From assembly GCF_006345805.1 (NCBI RefSeq), contig NC_043011.1, positions 62,818,464 to 62,882,463 on the forward strand: DNA of 64,000 bases. Direction: 5' to 3'. The notes beneath the pieces are model-generated. The model was not told the origin of the DNA. It saw only the letters and a program-made list of their open reading frames with translations, and ran no database searches. The stretch comes from Octopus sinensis. Lineage: Eukaryota. Positions 41,928 to 60,647 of the stretch are shown here, piece after piece. Each line of letters begins with the position of its first letter. The first letter of the stretch is position 1. Made by a program: the position numbers and the translations under genes.

Positions 41928-42137
41928 TAGAGAGAGAGAGAGGGAGAGAGAAAGAGAGAGAGAGGGGGGTTATATGCTGGAGAGAAATAATACTTTGGAG
42001 CACGGTTATTGAAACCAATCACAGAATCTGATATAAGGGTTAAATATAAAAATATTATTTCTTAGTTAACAGTTCTTAAACCATACAGTGGTAGAATAGT
42101 GTTTCTAACGAGTGATTGCATACATAACCACTTGCGT

Positions 42138-44919
<2,782 letters not shown>

Positions 44920-44939
44920 TAATATATATATATATATAA

Positions 44940-44981
<42 letters not shown>

Positions 44982-45016
44982 TATAATATATATATTATAT
45001 ATATTATATATATATA

Positions 45017-45074
<58 letters not shown>

Positions 45075-45087
45075 ATATATATATATA

Positions 45088-46097
45088 ATAAAAATGGTAA
45101 TTAATTTTCCTGTGGTTTTTCATGTAACCAACAATTATTTACCGGTAAATTTCGGTATGTAAATACGACAAAATAATTGTCAAGACCTTTGTAAGGTTCA
45201 GTATATAGTAAAGAAAAGTAAGTTGGCTAGCAGCAAGCTGTTTCGCCTCATACCGAAGGAATTAGAAATGGCAGTCAAAGACCGTTTTTTCCATTTCTAT
45301 AAGTGGAGATTCTAAAAACGAAGGCCCTTGCGGCTCACATACACAAAACCGGAGTGGCAAATATACGAATTCAGTCACTTACCGTTAATAGCGAACACGG
45401 TGTTTCTGGATCACAAACATATAAAAAAAGGGGAGTTTGAATTCCGTCATCAGCGCTATATTCGGTAGCTTTATCAAATGCCACCAGCCCTCACTTCTGA
45501 CCCAGCGACATCAGATAGTGGGGGGAAGTGCGCAGATGTTAAAACTAAGTAACGACCGGGGACGTAAATTTTCCCTCCAAAATTCTGCCATGCACGCCTT
45601 CTGGGTAATCGTAATGGAATGAGGAATCCACATGGTAATACAATAAAAATGGTAAATAATTTTCCTGTGGTTTTTCATGTAACCAACAATTATTTACCGG
45701 TAAATTTCGGTATGTAAATACGACAAAATAATTGTCAAGACCTTTGTAAGGTTCAGTATATAGTAAAGAAAAATAAGTTGGCTAGCAGCAAGCTGTTTCG
45801 CCTCATACCGAAGGAATTAGAAATGGCAGTCAAAGACCGTTTTTTCCATATCTAAAAGTGGAGATTCTAAAAACGAAAGCCCTTGCGGCTCACATACACA
45901 AAACCGGATATTAACGATATTAACGGTAAGTGACTGAATTCGTATATTTGCCACTCCGGTTTTGTGTATGTGAGCCGCAAGGGCCTTCGTTTTTAGAATC
46001 TCCACTTATAGAAATGGAAAAAACGGTCTTTGACTGCCATTTCTAATTCCTTCGGTATGAGGCGAAACAGCTTGCTGCTAGCCAACTTATTTTTCTT

Positions 46098-46105
<8 letters not shown>
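45088..46105 (-). mobile_element. Tandem-plus-inverted terminal repeat structure with a hammerhead (PLE-like)
   Basis: Direct copies ~45088-45390 and ~45645-45908; inverted copy ~45918-46105; (TA)n at both ends. Confidence 0.8.
45388..45459 (-). ncRNA. Type I hammerhead motif
   Basis: Minus strand: atagcg CTGATGA cgga..tcca GAAA CAC-C-GTG TT cgctat; 6-bp stem I, C-A mismatch at the base of stem II, GUU site. Confidence 0.7.
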
Positions 46106-46139
<34 letters not shown>

Positions 46140-46708
46140 TATACAAATACAGACTGTTGTAAAACAGTGTACAATATAGTGAAAAGCCAGGTGAATAAAA
46201 TGAGTACAACGTGCACTCTTATATATTTTACAGAACTGTACACAAACAATTAAATAGAGTTTTCATGTAAATTTACAGTCAGAAATTTTTAAACGACAAA
46301 GGCGTTGAAAGTCATCTCCTTTAATTGTGAATTTTGTTTTTTCTTTATAGTAAACATTCTTAATAAATAGTTCAGCTGAGAATAGAATATTGAATGCTAA
46401 TTGAAAATAATTGCGAAGGTAACAACAAAGAAGTGTTTTTAATGAAAGTTTTTGAGATTGAATGGAAATTGAAATGAGATGGTTGATAAGAAGTAATGAG
46501 AAATTCATTGTATGATCAGGGAATAATGAGTTAGGAATTGGGAAATTGTGTGTTTTTTAATGATTTCCCATTTGATCATTGCTTTTTTTATTAATCATAC
46601 ACACATACATATATATACATACACAAATATGGGTGTATGTGTGTGTATGTGTTGTGTGTGTCCGTATGCGGCTATGCATTTAAATATCCTTGAGGAAAAA
46701 GAATTATA

Positions 46709-46743
<35 letters not shown>

Positions 46744-46744
<1 letters not shown>

Positions 46745-46915
46745 GAGGCGCAATGGCCCAGCGCTTAGGGCAGCGGACTCTCGGTCGTAGGATCGCGGTT
46801 TCGATTCCTGACCGGGAGTTGTAAGTGTTTATTGAGCGAAAACACCTAAAGCTCCACGAGGCTCCCGCAGCAGGTGGTGGCGAACCCTGCTGTACTCTTT
46901 CGCCAAAACTTAATC
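46744..46915 (+). mobile_element. 5' part of tRNA-derived SINE (same family as 19055)
   Basis: ggaggcgcaatggccc..gcagcggactctcggtcg..ttcgattcc..ggcgaacc..ctctttcgcc. Confidence 0.7.
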
Positions 46916-49254
46916 CCTTTGTCTGTCCTTTTTTGTCATCTGTAATTTACCCCCCTTTGGGCAATAAAGAAATAAATAACATTGAATTTACCATCCTTGG
47001 TTGTTGTTTTAGATTTTAAACACGCCAAGACCGACTTCTTATCAACGAATTGAAAGAATGCTGTCCGTTGATCAATGTTTTCCATCATTTTACTATGCTT
47101 ATGTGAGTCGCCACTCTGTATATATTTAGTTTGCAGAATGCGACCCAGGGTTTCTTTCAATCTGTATTGCATAGAAAAATGCACAACTACACTTACATTT
47201 ATAGAAATCCCTTTATCCATCCATAAAGAAACATTCAACCATAACATAAAGGCACGATTGATAAGAATGTGTGAGAAAGAGAAAAGAAATATTTACAAAG
47301 AATAACCACCGTAAGCAGTGGGGAATCAACGAACACAACGGGGCAGGGTCACACCATTTACAGAAGGACTGATATTCAGGCATCCGTTCATTTCTTGTTT
47401 TGTTATCCAATCTTTATTCGTGCAGATACATCGATAACACTAGATATATTACTATAGAAACCAGAATTTTCTGCTCAATATATCTCCTGCAGTGAAGAAA
47501 GCAAATAATTATGTAATATAAAAGTCTGAAGTGAGTAGGAATCCAAAGATTAGAGATGGGGGGGGGACTTGTGTCTAAAGATAAATATAAACCTTATATT
47601 CTAAAACCTTTTCTGCTTTGATTGCTCACCTGAAAACTAATATTTTATATGAGAAGTAAAACAGGTGTCAGAGGCGATTGCTGAAAGAAAACAGCAACAC
47701 GTAAAGCAAAATCTTATTGAAGTCAGCGCTCAGCGAAATCTATATGTATAGAATAACTATTGATTTCTCACGTTCACATGAAACGATAGGCTGCAGAAGG
47801 AAGGCATGCATAGTTATGGGTATATATTTGGGATCATTAGCTAGTAATAAATAACCACATTGCTTAATGAATCAAATTTAGGGAGTAAATCTTATAATAA
47901 ATATGGACTATTATCGGAAGAATGGTGATACATTGTATGACAAATATTTTCGGTTCTTCAGCTCTAAATAAGGAGTCATTTTGTCAACTGACTCAAATGT
48001 TGGGAATAAATCTTACACGGAATCTGAAATGGATTGAGAGCGTGTTGCTTCGATACTCTGTCGAGAACCTTTGTAGTCGACTTGTTGCCAAACCACAATG
48101 ATCCGCAGTTCATTGGGCCAAACTATCGACGTGTCGTGAGCGTGATACTGGCGAATGGAAAATCCAACATCGCCATACGATTAAAGAGGTCTGAAATCTG
48201 AAGAGGCAGCTGCTGTGTCACTGTGGGAAAGTAATTTTAAAAACCAGGGGCGGTTAACTCACACGTGTTATGCTACATTTCATCATCTTACCGCCTGTTG
48301 GTGCAAAACTCTCTTGATACACGCGAAACAAAATTGTTCTAACTATGCGATTATAAAATCGATTCTTGACAGCAAGTAATTTAATAACTCTGAAAATTTG
48401 AAAGACAAGGTGAAATCATGTCGCATTTTAACACGAGTGGTACGTATTAGATACTGATTTCGAAAACTTGCACTAGAACATAATGCTGGGAGATTTGATG
48501 GTAGATTAAACGAATCAGAGTGCTTCATTGTTTCATTATCTTACCGCCTTAAGAGATGAACAACAAATTCAACTTCAGTAGAGGTTTAACTCAGATCGTA
48601 ACATGCTCTGTTATAGGAAAATCATTTTAACAGTTCTATCGATCCGCTTGACATGGATTGGCTATTATTACATTTCAGACGCATATTACAGTCCGACGTA
48701 ATCAACATTGAAAACTGTCAGTTCAGTGAATTAAATGAAAGCTAGTATAAAACCATTTTATTCCCACGAGACGTGAAAGTTTTCAAATTCGTTTCTCCAT
48801 TCATCGTCTGGCTCTTTCAAAGCGAATGAAATCAAAATTTTAATCAAATCGCAAATGGTTACTAATTTTATCTACCAAGCATCTCTCGTTGGAAGCTATA
48901 CATTGAAATTATATGTAATATGCAAAATTGTTTCCCGGTTGGGTATTTTTTCATGGAAAATAAATAGATTTCTTAACGATACCGCAAGAAAATGTAAGTT
49001 AGTAGAAAGTGGAACATTAGCATAAGATTTATTGACTGAAATCATATAATTAGGAGGCAAAATTCTTAAGTATTTCTCCGTTGGTGAAACTAGTAACTTA
49101 ATGTGAAACTATATTTAGAATAAACGTACATAGGAATGGTGTGGATGAGTCAGCCAGTAATATTTATTGAAAAATAAATCAATAATGTATTACTAATCTG
49201 TTATAAATTAATTTTTTCTACTCTAGACACAAGGTCTACTCTAGACACGGAACC

Positions 49255-49400
49255 AATACGCAATTGGTACTTAAGTTATCGACCCCGAAAAGATGAAAGG
49301 CAAAGTCGATCGCGTCGGAATTTGAACTCAGAATGTAAAGACAAACGAAATACCATTAACCATTTCGCCCAGCGTGGTAAAGGTTCTCCCAGCTCACCGC
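49255..49400 (-). mobile_element. Nin/Deu-like SINE
   Basis: ggtacttaagttatcgaccccgaaaagatgaaaggcaaagtcga..gaatttgaactcag. Confidence 0.75.
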
Positions 49401-49429
49401 CATTCAGTTAAAAAATAATGTTTAACTAC

Positions 49430-50885
<1,456 letters not shown>

Positions 50886-51897
50886 AAGAACATAGTGAAT
50901 TTAAGTGAATGGACGAGGATTAATAACTGCAAAGCCTTTAAGCTACACGTTTCGTTTGGATTCCATCATATCAAAGCGGATATAAATAAGATTATGTAAA
51001 TATTACACTCTGGCCATTAAGTAAAGTGTCACTTGAAGCAACTTGATATAAACGCATAAATAGACATATTATTACTGTAATAAGGGAAAATAAGATTGAT
51101 GTTGGAGAGCATTTTGCTATAAATTGCCGAAAATGGACATATAGATCTATAAGTATAATAATCAGAAAGAAGATGGGTATTGGAGATGTGTTTTGTTATA
51201 CTTTGGGAAACAATGAACTAAAGTAGAATATGTATTAGGCTTTTGTATAAGAAAAAGCAAAAAAAATGTCATATAAACAATGACGAATGGCAAAAAACAT
51301 TTTTTATTTTCATGTTTAATAGCCTTTGTCTTCTGATAGAGAGGACGTGGAGAAAAAGGATGTGAAAGCGAAAAATTAATCGAATGCTGTGGACTAAGGA
51401 TTGAAGTGGAAGATCTGGTTTTGTTAACAGAAATAAGAGTTACAAAACTATTAGAAAAATGTATTGATATAAGATGATAACACGTTATGAAAACAATATT
51501 TGCAGGATAAGCAATAAGTAACGAGAATCCTGTGCGAGTATTTTAGTCACCCAGGTGAGAGATGGGAGGATAGAAAGACATTCACATACACATGCACAGA
51601 GAGGCACAAACACACACATTCGCACAAACACAGAGACACTCACACATATGTATTGATGTATACAAATACACACTCACAAACACTCACACACACATATATA
51701 TAAGTTCATCAAAATTTAGATTCAAATGAATATGGTACTTAAGTCAGATGCACCAGAATTTTGTACGGTGTTATCTATATAAATCCATGGGTGATTATAA
51801 TCAAAGTAAGCAACAAGAATATCCGAGGTAATTTGATACGATCGGTTCACGCTACATCATTTTATTAAATATTGTAAGTATTACACCAGTTTTAACA

Positions 51898-51935
<38 letters not shown>

Positions 51936-52269
51936 AACGCACACATACACACACGCGCGAACACACGCTTAGAAACCTTAGACAGAGCGAAAAATGTGCT
52001 ATCGGATTTGTTCCGGTTGTATCCGCTCTGATTTGAATAACGGATGTGGTCAACAATGTCCGTCTACTAAATTTCCTTTTAAGGTCAAGCTTCGGCTGGA
52101 TCTATTGGAGAAGATATTTGCATTTCGAAACAAGATAGCGAAGAAAATGTTAATTAGAAGGGCATACCGACACCTACATATATACATAATTTAGGTTTTT
52201 CCTATCAAGCTGTATAGGAATATCAGGAAAAATGTGAACCAATGGCTTCTGCTTGATACTTAAATTTGC

Positions 52270-52545
52270 TTAGGAGTAGGGCAAGGTTGGTGGATTACTT
52301 CCGTCTTCTTTGTGCTGATAGACAAACCAAAAGATTTACAAGCAGCAGAAAACCTTTGTAGAATGGACACAAGAGCAGCCTTCATTCTCTCATGCAGGGA
52401 CATGACAACATTTAGCATCGCATCAGGGAAGCCAAGATTTTTCGGAATTTTCCAAAGTGTTTGGCAGTTAACACTGTGGAAGGCGTTAGTAAGGTCGACG
52501 AATACCATAAGCAGCTTTTGATTTTCTCAAGTACCCTCCCTAGAT
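52270..52545 (-). mobile_element. RTE-clade LINE RT fragment with an internal deletion
   Basis: FVDLTNAFHSVN..LWKI..GFP..SLHERM fused to LQRFSAACKSFGLSISTKKTEVIHQP. Confidence 0.8.
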
Positions 52546-52584
52546 ATATGAATCTGTGAGTATGCGTGTATGTGTGTGTCTGTA

Positions 52585-53100
<516 letters not shown>

Positions 53101-53244
53101 AGATTATATATATACATATATACAGGGAGGGAGAGAGAGAGATAAATATATATAGTTGAGTTTCCAAGTCCTAATTCTGAGCCCAGTGCAAACCCAGGAC
53201 TGGGTTCTGTTTATGCATTACTCCCCCTCCTCCTCCTCCTCCTT

Positions 53245-53286
<42 letters not shown>

Positions 53287-53398
53287 TTTTTAAATTTTCA
53301 TCGTTATCAACATCATCGTAAGGCTCTCCGTCTCCTACCTAACCTCCGCACATTGGTAGAATTAAGCATGTCAAAGACATGCACACGCACATGTATAG

Positions 53399-54306
53399 TG
53401 TTATGGTTTGGCTAGTGCAGTATTTCTTGACCCACTTTGTGGGAGTGGCGCCTGCAGGTCTAGAGTCAAAAACGAAAGGCCTTTGTTTACTGGAAGAGTA
53501 ATGCTTTTGGAGGGACCTTTGGCCTTGTGCGGTCGATTGGAGGTCGTTCTAGACACCCCTTGAAGAAGAGGAAGAGGAAAGTAGTGAGAAAGATAGAGTA
53601 AGGGATCTGAGAGCTGTCATGAGAGAGTGACAGCAGCAGCGCCGATAGAGATAGGCAGTTAGGGCTGAGAGCAGATAGAGAGGGTATGAGCAGTAGAGAC
53701 AGATTGAGGGGTAGTGATAGAGGGACAGTAGGTATTCGGTCGTCAAAGCGAATAGTCGGATTTTGGTCGTCAAGCCAAGCAGTCGGCGGTTTTGGAGTAT
53801 TGGGACAGAAAGAGATATATACAGAGGAATAGGCGGCTGTTAGAGAGGAACTACAATATGGGACACTGGCTATTCAATTAGGAATTAAGGTATTTAATTA
53901 TGTATTGATACGTGTCACGCTGTAAAGAGACTGTAAAAGAAAAAAAGAGAAAGAAGAAAGAGAGAGAAAAAGAAGGACTCTGATGTAGTCGTTAAAGACA
54001 TTGAACTGTATATGACTTGTTGATGTGTTTTGAAACAGAACTGTGTCTTCGGGCGTGTACCTTTGAAATGCTGATGTATTGACCTTGTTGTTTCCTTTAA
54101 ATGCTTTGATGTTGTAACAATTGATTGTCATATAAACTAGTTGTTAAATGTAAGCCAGTTGTTGCCTTGCCGTTTTGTGTCTCTCTCGGTTGCCTCTGTA
54201 ACTCTGTACTGCTGCTGCTGTTGCTGTAGTATCTCTCCTCTCCTCTCTCTGGGTTCCGTGGCGAACTTGCCCGTTCGTGCGAGCGGCGACGGGTGATTCC
54301 GTAACA
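53399..54306. mobile_element. Probable solo LTR
   Basis: Termini TGTTATGG...CCGTAACA (7/8 inverted match, TG..CA) bound a ~900 bp GC-richer non-coding block; target-site duplication not clean (atag/atat). Confidence 0.45.
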
Positions 54307-55279
54307 ATATGTATGTGTATGACTATATATATGTGTGTGTGTGTGTGTAAATGTGTACCTATATACATATATATGTTATATATTTCATATATGCATACAT
54401 GTATATGTATTCCATACGTTCGTCTCTACATACGTACAGGTATACATACTTATGTTCAATAATTTTGACTCTTAAAATATTGGTCTTAAAAAAAAAGTAA
54501 AACACAGCTCGATCACATTTTATTTCAATGTATTCGACTCGACGCCTCTTGGATTAGGTTTGACCTAGGGTTAAACACTAATTACACAAGTTATGATATA
54601 TTTTCTGTGGTTATTGATTTCTTAAGAAACATTTGTGGAGTATTCCACCTCTACTTTCACATTTTCGTTTTTACTTAAAGTATAAATTTAATATTCTCTC
54701 CGCATTTATTTTAATGTTTTATTCCAAATTATAATTTCATTTCCTTTAATTATTTTTCATTTCGTTGACCTTTCCTTGAAATTTTTTCATATCTTTATAT
54801 ATTTCTTAAAAATAATTGAACAATTTACTTTCAGTTTAGTTCTTTTTTCTTCAATTTTTTGTGCATAAGACGCCTCAAACCGAGAAAATTTTAGCTGTTT
54901 TGTTTTAATTTTCAGTTAGCTAGAAATGACGACCGAGTTCTTTCCTATACACTTGCAAAATGATAAACTGCATAATGCAGTATTGAGCTTCAATACTGGA
55001 ATGACAGAATCAAAAAGGTTGGAGAAGGCTGTACAAAGTTTGCCCTATCAGGGTCGACAAGCAGTAAGAAAAATAGAACAACTCTGATTTATTACACAGG
55101 TTTGGTAATGCGTTACTATTTGCAATCGACATTGGTATTTGAATAGCAATGTTGTCGACCTGTCTGCAGATTAAACACTCGACCTAAAATCTAGAACATA
55201 CATTCACAATACGGTTTTTCCAATACCCTAAGGCCTCTGCTAGTTCACTGCCTTCTTTTATTATAATTTAATACAAGCC

Positions 55280-55440
55280 GAAGGAGGCGAGCTAGCAGTA
55301 TATTTAACGCCTTGGATGAAATGCATAGCGGTATTTTGCCCATCGCACCGCTCTGAGTTTAAATTCCAACGAGGCCAAATTTGCTTTTCATCCTTTCGAA
55401 GTCGATAAAATAAGTACCAGTTGAGCCCTGGGGCTGCCCT
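55280..55440 (+). mobile_element. Nin/Deu-like SINE
   Basis: ggaggcgagctagcag head..gcttttcatcctttcgaagtcgataaaataagtaccag. Confidence 0.7.
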
Positions 55441-56553
55441 TGTCACAAAACCAAATACCAATCTTTTCAATATAGCAAAGTAGCGAGCAGGAAGAATAGT
55501 TAACACCTTTGATTAAATGCTTCGCAGAGTTTTGTCTGTCTTTAAGTTCTGAGTTCAAATTCCCAATGTACAAACTCCCAATGTCTCACTTTTAACTTTT
55601 TGGGAAGCGGAGAAATTTCTTCAGAAATAATGTAATTTAACTTTTGTTTCTAGCATTTCGGGTTTTCTGGTTATGCTGTAATATTTTTTACGTCTGCTAT
55701 TTCAGTACAATTCTACGCATGCGTGAAACATAAGGCGAAAATGAAACACTGAGTGTTTTTCTTTTCGAAAAGGGTAGGTGATGGGTGCGAGGTGAGGGAA
55801 GGGGCATAGAGCGTGTCTTTAAGAGAAATTAGACTTTAAAAAAGAAACATGTTTCCCAGATTCGTAATCTCTGTATTTTTCTACATGGATAACAAAAAAA
55901 AGTCGTTAAAAAGTTACAGCTTAAGAGACCGCCATGGAGAGGGGGAGACTGAAACTTTGGCCACTTGTTTTCTAGGCGAAATCGTTTGAACCGCCTTTTA
56001 GACGATAAAACAACACATAAATTGTGATCATTTTAAAGAACAGTAAGCACTTTCATACGAACTCAGGCAAATTGTACCCTCCCCACTTCTCTTTTAAACA
56101 AACAATAACTTCCATTACTCAGCTACTTGCACCTTAAATTGAGGAGCAGGCTGCTCGGAACAATTGGATCCTTCATCGTCGTAGTTGACGGAACACCAAA
56201 AGAGAAAATGCATGTATATGAACATATGCTTGCGTAAGTGTGACACTGTGTGCTTTTGCGTGTGTAGTAATGCCCTTGAAACAGTAATATGCTCAAATAA
56301 ATTCGTTACAGTCGGCCACGCGGCCGAGCAATTTGATCTCAGTTTTGAAGTCATGTACTTGTTCTTTGAATATTATTTACCAAACCAACTTTCCACCTGG
56401 CGGTGGATAGATGGTACGGACAAAGAGAAACAAACATATGTCGGAGATGTGTGTGAACTTGCATACCTCTAAACGTGCCCGCCCGAGCGAGTGTGCACAC
56501 TTGTGCTCGTCTGGATAACAGTCTAATTTATTCATCCACTTCATTGCCTCCTT

Positions 56554-56608
<55 letters not shown>

Positions 56609-56624
56609 TATGTCTGTCTTTATG

Positions 56625-56716
56625 TATTTTCCCCCTGACGAATGAGGTATTATCTGGATGCAATCTAGTGCTTTAAACATAATAATACACCCCTGAAATG
56701 GCCATAGGGATAAGTA
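56625..56716 (+). ncRNA. Partly decayed type I hammerhead motif
   Basis: cccc CTGACGA a..gtattat..ataatac..t GAAA TGGCCA TA ggga; palindromic ATGGCCAT; base of stem II mismatched; follows (TA)n. Confidence 0.5.
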
Positions 56717-56937
56717 AATATGGTTTCCTTTTAACTATAAGGCTTCTTTTACTTGAATAATTATTTAATAAGATTTCTAAACGATGAAATTTTATTTTAT
56801 TTACATGATATATATTATATATTTTTTATATGCTCCTATATATATATTATATATATATATATATATATAATATTATATATATATATATATAATATATATA
56901 TTATATATATATATATATTATATATTTTTATATATAT

Positions 56938-56979
<42 letters not shown>

Positions 56980-56991
56980 TATATATATATA

Positions 56992-57057
<66 letters not shown>

Positions 57058-57446
57058 TTTTATATACTTATATATTTTTATATATTACTTTATATTATAA
57101 TTTTACTTTCTAGGTGTTATAAGGTTTTTTTTTTTAAATGTATTTTTCTGAATCGCTAAAGTATTAACTCTAAACTGTGATGAAGAAAAGTTTTTTTCTC
57201 GCACCTTATTATTATTATTATATGCTTATGTGCTTGTACAGATGAATTATGTTCCATCCTGCGGGATGTTTATATGTATATTCCATGATTAAATGTTCGA
57301 ATTATGAAATGCTATGCGGATGACCTTGCATTTGTTTGTTCAATAACTTTAATTTGATATTTTTGTCTCTTTCAATAGAGCACTTTTATAGCAGTCCTAT
57401 TAATCTTTTTGTTTCTGACAAGAAACAATCACTGTATTATTGATAT

Positions 57447-57486
<40 letters not shown>

Positions 57487-58677
57487 GCGCACGCACGCAC
57501 ACACACACATATATATATATGTACGTTAATATATACACTCTAAAATATTACATTTTTTGTTTCTACGTCAGTGTGTCTATTTTTGTACGTACACACATAC
57601 ACGTACGTACGTACAGCCACACTCACGCTCATATAAAACCACACACACACATACACGTACACACAGGTAACTTCCAGGTGGAATGCATGTAATTTTGCAA
57701 GTGTCACGGAATCTTGTCTTTATATGACATGTGTGTTAATGTATGTGCGCGCACGCGTACGGTGTATGTGTGTGTTTGTATTCAAATATAACCATTTCTT
57801 TGTTGCTCAGTTATTAATTTATTCTTTTTACTTAATCAAGTTCGTTCTACTATTTCTTCAGTTATATTTGTGATAAATCAGCAGTAGCCTATTCTGTGTT
57901 ATGAAGTTGGATATATTTAATTGATTAAGATTATTACTCTTAATGTCGACAAAAATTAATTACCTGTATATAAAAAAAAATTGCTGCAAAAAAAACATAC
58001 GGCAACGCAGCGTTTACACCCACATCAATACTATAATAAAAACAACTGCTTCTTAATGAGTTTTTATATGTAACTATTAAGAAAACAACGCGACTGGATA
58101 TTCATAAACCAATGTAAATAAAGGCAACTCATCACGTCGTCAGAGCGTCATGGTTACCATAGCGATTGGGCGATTTTAGAAGAGAATTGTATGATGCGGA
58201 GAATACTTATTAACGCAAACAGTAATTGCTGATGCTCACTGAAGATAATCCTACATGAAAAAGAATGCGAAACGGCAGTAATCCGACTGATGTTACGTGG
58301 TTATATATATAAATATTTATTTGCCGAGCTGATAAGAGCTTTCTCCGAATCTTATACTACACATTTATGTATATAGAGAGAAAGTAAAGATTATTTGCCA
58401 ACATAACTCGGTAGTCCTTGTTAGGACGAATGCTACTGTTATTTAACCCAAGGAAACATTATCTCCAGCTGGTTATACAGATAGACAGATAATGTGTCGG
58501 TTAGCCAGGTGGAGACGACGTTTCCTGGGGCTAAATAGCTGTAGCATTTGTCCTAACGAGGAATGCCTTGTTATGTTGGCAAGTAATCTTTACTCTAGAT
58601 TATTGTTACTGAATGTCTCTGGTTGAGAGATTTACAAATAGCAATTTTCGATTTAATATATGTATATATATATATAT

Positions 58678-58709
<32 letters not shown>

Positions 58710-58789
58710 GCGCGTGTGTGTGTAAATTTAAAATCTAATAACGATACTTGTTCTTGGACTTATCATACATACACACACATTTAACAACT

Positions 58790-59110
58790 GGTTCACGACT
58801 ACTTCCTCCAGTCCCGTGATGTAGGCCTCCGTGTTGAGTCCGAAGCCGTGTGGGAAGATGAATGGAAGCATAACGTTGCCATCACAGGTGATTACTCCAA
58901 ACACCATAATGACGACAGGATGTTTTATCACTCACGGTAAATGTTAGTATTAGAGCTTCCGGCACTTCGTATTGGAGCTTCCAGCGCGAATGCCAAGCAG
59001 TACAGCATGTCTTTTCGAAATTTCTGGCAGAGTGAATCGCGACATAATACTGTTTTTGTCACTGACAGTGCCCAACTGATCCTACTATACTGTGGAGTAG
59101 AGACAAAATA
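58790..59110 (-). mobile_element. Internally deleted Tc1/maT-like transposase relic
   Basis: PEISKRHAVLLGIRAGSSNT joined to KHPVVIMVFGVITCDGNVMLPFIFPHGFGLNTEAY. Confidence 0.7.
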
Positions 59111-59404
59111 CAAAACAAAAAATGTGCATGCGCGATATTAAAAATAGAAAAATGCTGACAATTTACCCTGCATATTCTGAGATAAGCCATTGTCGGAGCG
59201 CGGCCCGACGCTGGTTTACCTGTGCAAAACTTTCGCTAATTACTCTCAGTAATTTTGTTTTTGAAGTTTAATTTTTATTTCTACTCTACAAAATGTAGTG
59301 CAATCCTTCAGATTAAATACAAAATGTTCTTTATAAGAGATAACAACGAAAGGGAAATGTAAACACACACATCCGCACACATTTACACACACACACACAC
59401 AGAG

Positions 59405-59464
<60 letters not shown>

Positions 59465-59477
59465 GTATGTATATATG

Positions 59478-60647
59478 TAACTTAGAATAACTTAGAAAGG
59501 TTTTGGCCAGTATTGGCCCAGGCCATGTCTAACTTAATAGCACCACCTGGCGAAGTCTTTCAGTTCAGGATTTGGGCACCAAGGCCCATTCGAGCTGAGA
59601 GTTATTGTTTGCGGAGACATATCCGGGTGTGGGTGGTTTGTCCGAGACTGTTTGAAGGAATTTGTCCAAAGACTTCTTGAATTTTGTGTGGTCAGTTTCT
59701 TTTTTGACGTGTCCTGGTGTAATGTTGAAGAGAGCGGGTCCAATTGAGGTGAAATAGTTGTGCCGTATTGTCGTTATGTGATGCGATTTAGATTTTTGTT
59801 GTAGACGGATGGCACGTGGTCCAAGCCTTGGATGCATTTTGAAGGTGATGCCAACACCATTCGGACAGTGCTGATGGAATATGTTCCACATCATACAGAT
59901 AATGTAGCGTTCACGGCGTCGTTGGAGTGAATACAATTTCAGCTTCTCTAGTCTACCCCAGTAGTCAAGGTCTGACATGCCATCTATCTTTTTTGTGATT
60001 GACCTTTGGGGAGCTTCAATTCTCATAATATTTTGTTTTGTGTAGGGAGACCACAGTGGACAGCAGTATTCAAGGTGGGGTCGGGTAAAAGTGGAGAAGA
60101 GAAGGATAATAGCGTGGGAATCTCTCGACTGGAAGGTTCTGAGAATCCAGGAACACATTCTGCGGGCCATGTCAACTTTGCTGCTTATATGTGTAGCCCA
60201 GCTTATGTTGTTGTCCACTGTTACTCCCAGGTCTCTGATGTTGTTGGATGCCATGAGAATTTCTCCAGAAGGAAGAGAGTATGGGAGTTTCAGAGCGTCC
60301 TCCCTTCCAAAGTGGATCAGTTCGAATTTATCTTCATTTAGCAACATGTTATTCTTTTCCGCCCATTGGACAACATCCAGTAGGTCTGACTGAAGGTTTA
60401 TTCGGTCATCCACGCCATTGATGACCTTCTGGAGCTTGGAATCATCAGCGAAGGTTCTGATGTTACTGTGTTTGATGGTGTCAGTAATATCATTTATGAT
60501 GAAGAGAAGTGGGCCCAACACAGTGCCTAGTGGGACACCACTGCTGACTTTGGCTGGGCTGGATTTGACTCCTTCGACTACAATATGTTGGGTTCTGTTA
60601 GACAGGAAGCACTTGATCCACTGCAGCAGTTTTCCAGTGACACCAAT
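59478..60647 (-). mobile_element. 5'-truncated CR1-group LINE, family B, open RT frame of ~360 codons
   Basis: SGVPLGTVLGPLLF, FADDSKL, RDLGV, LEYCCPLWSP and LYSLQRRRERY; stop at 59565-67; tail with (ttctaagtta)2. Confidence 0.92.

Noticed and set aside
46030-46075. gcc..ggc GAAACAGCT in the 45-46 kb repeat
   Set aside because: No CUGAnGA core or valid cleavage triplet
56290-56410. VTVGHAAEQFDLSF..LSTWRWI, loosely mariner-like
   Set aside because: Similarity too weak to support without alignment
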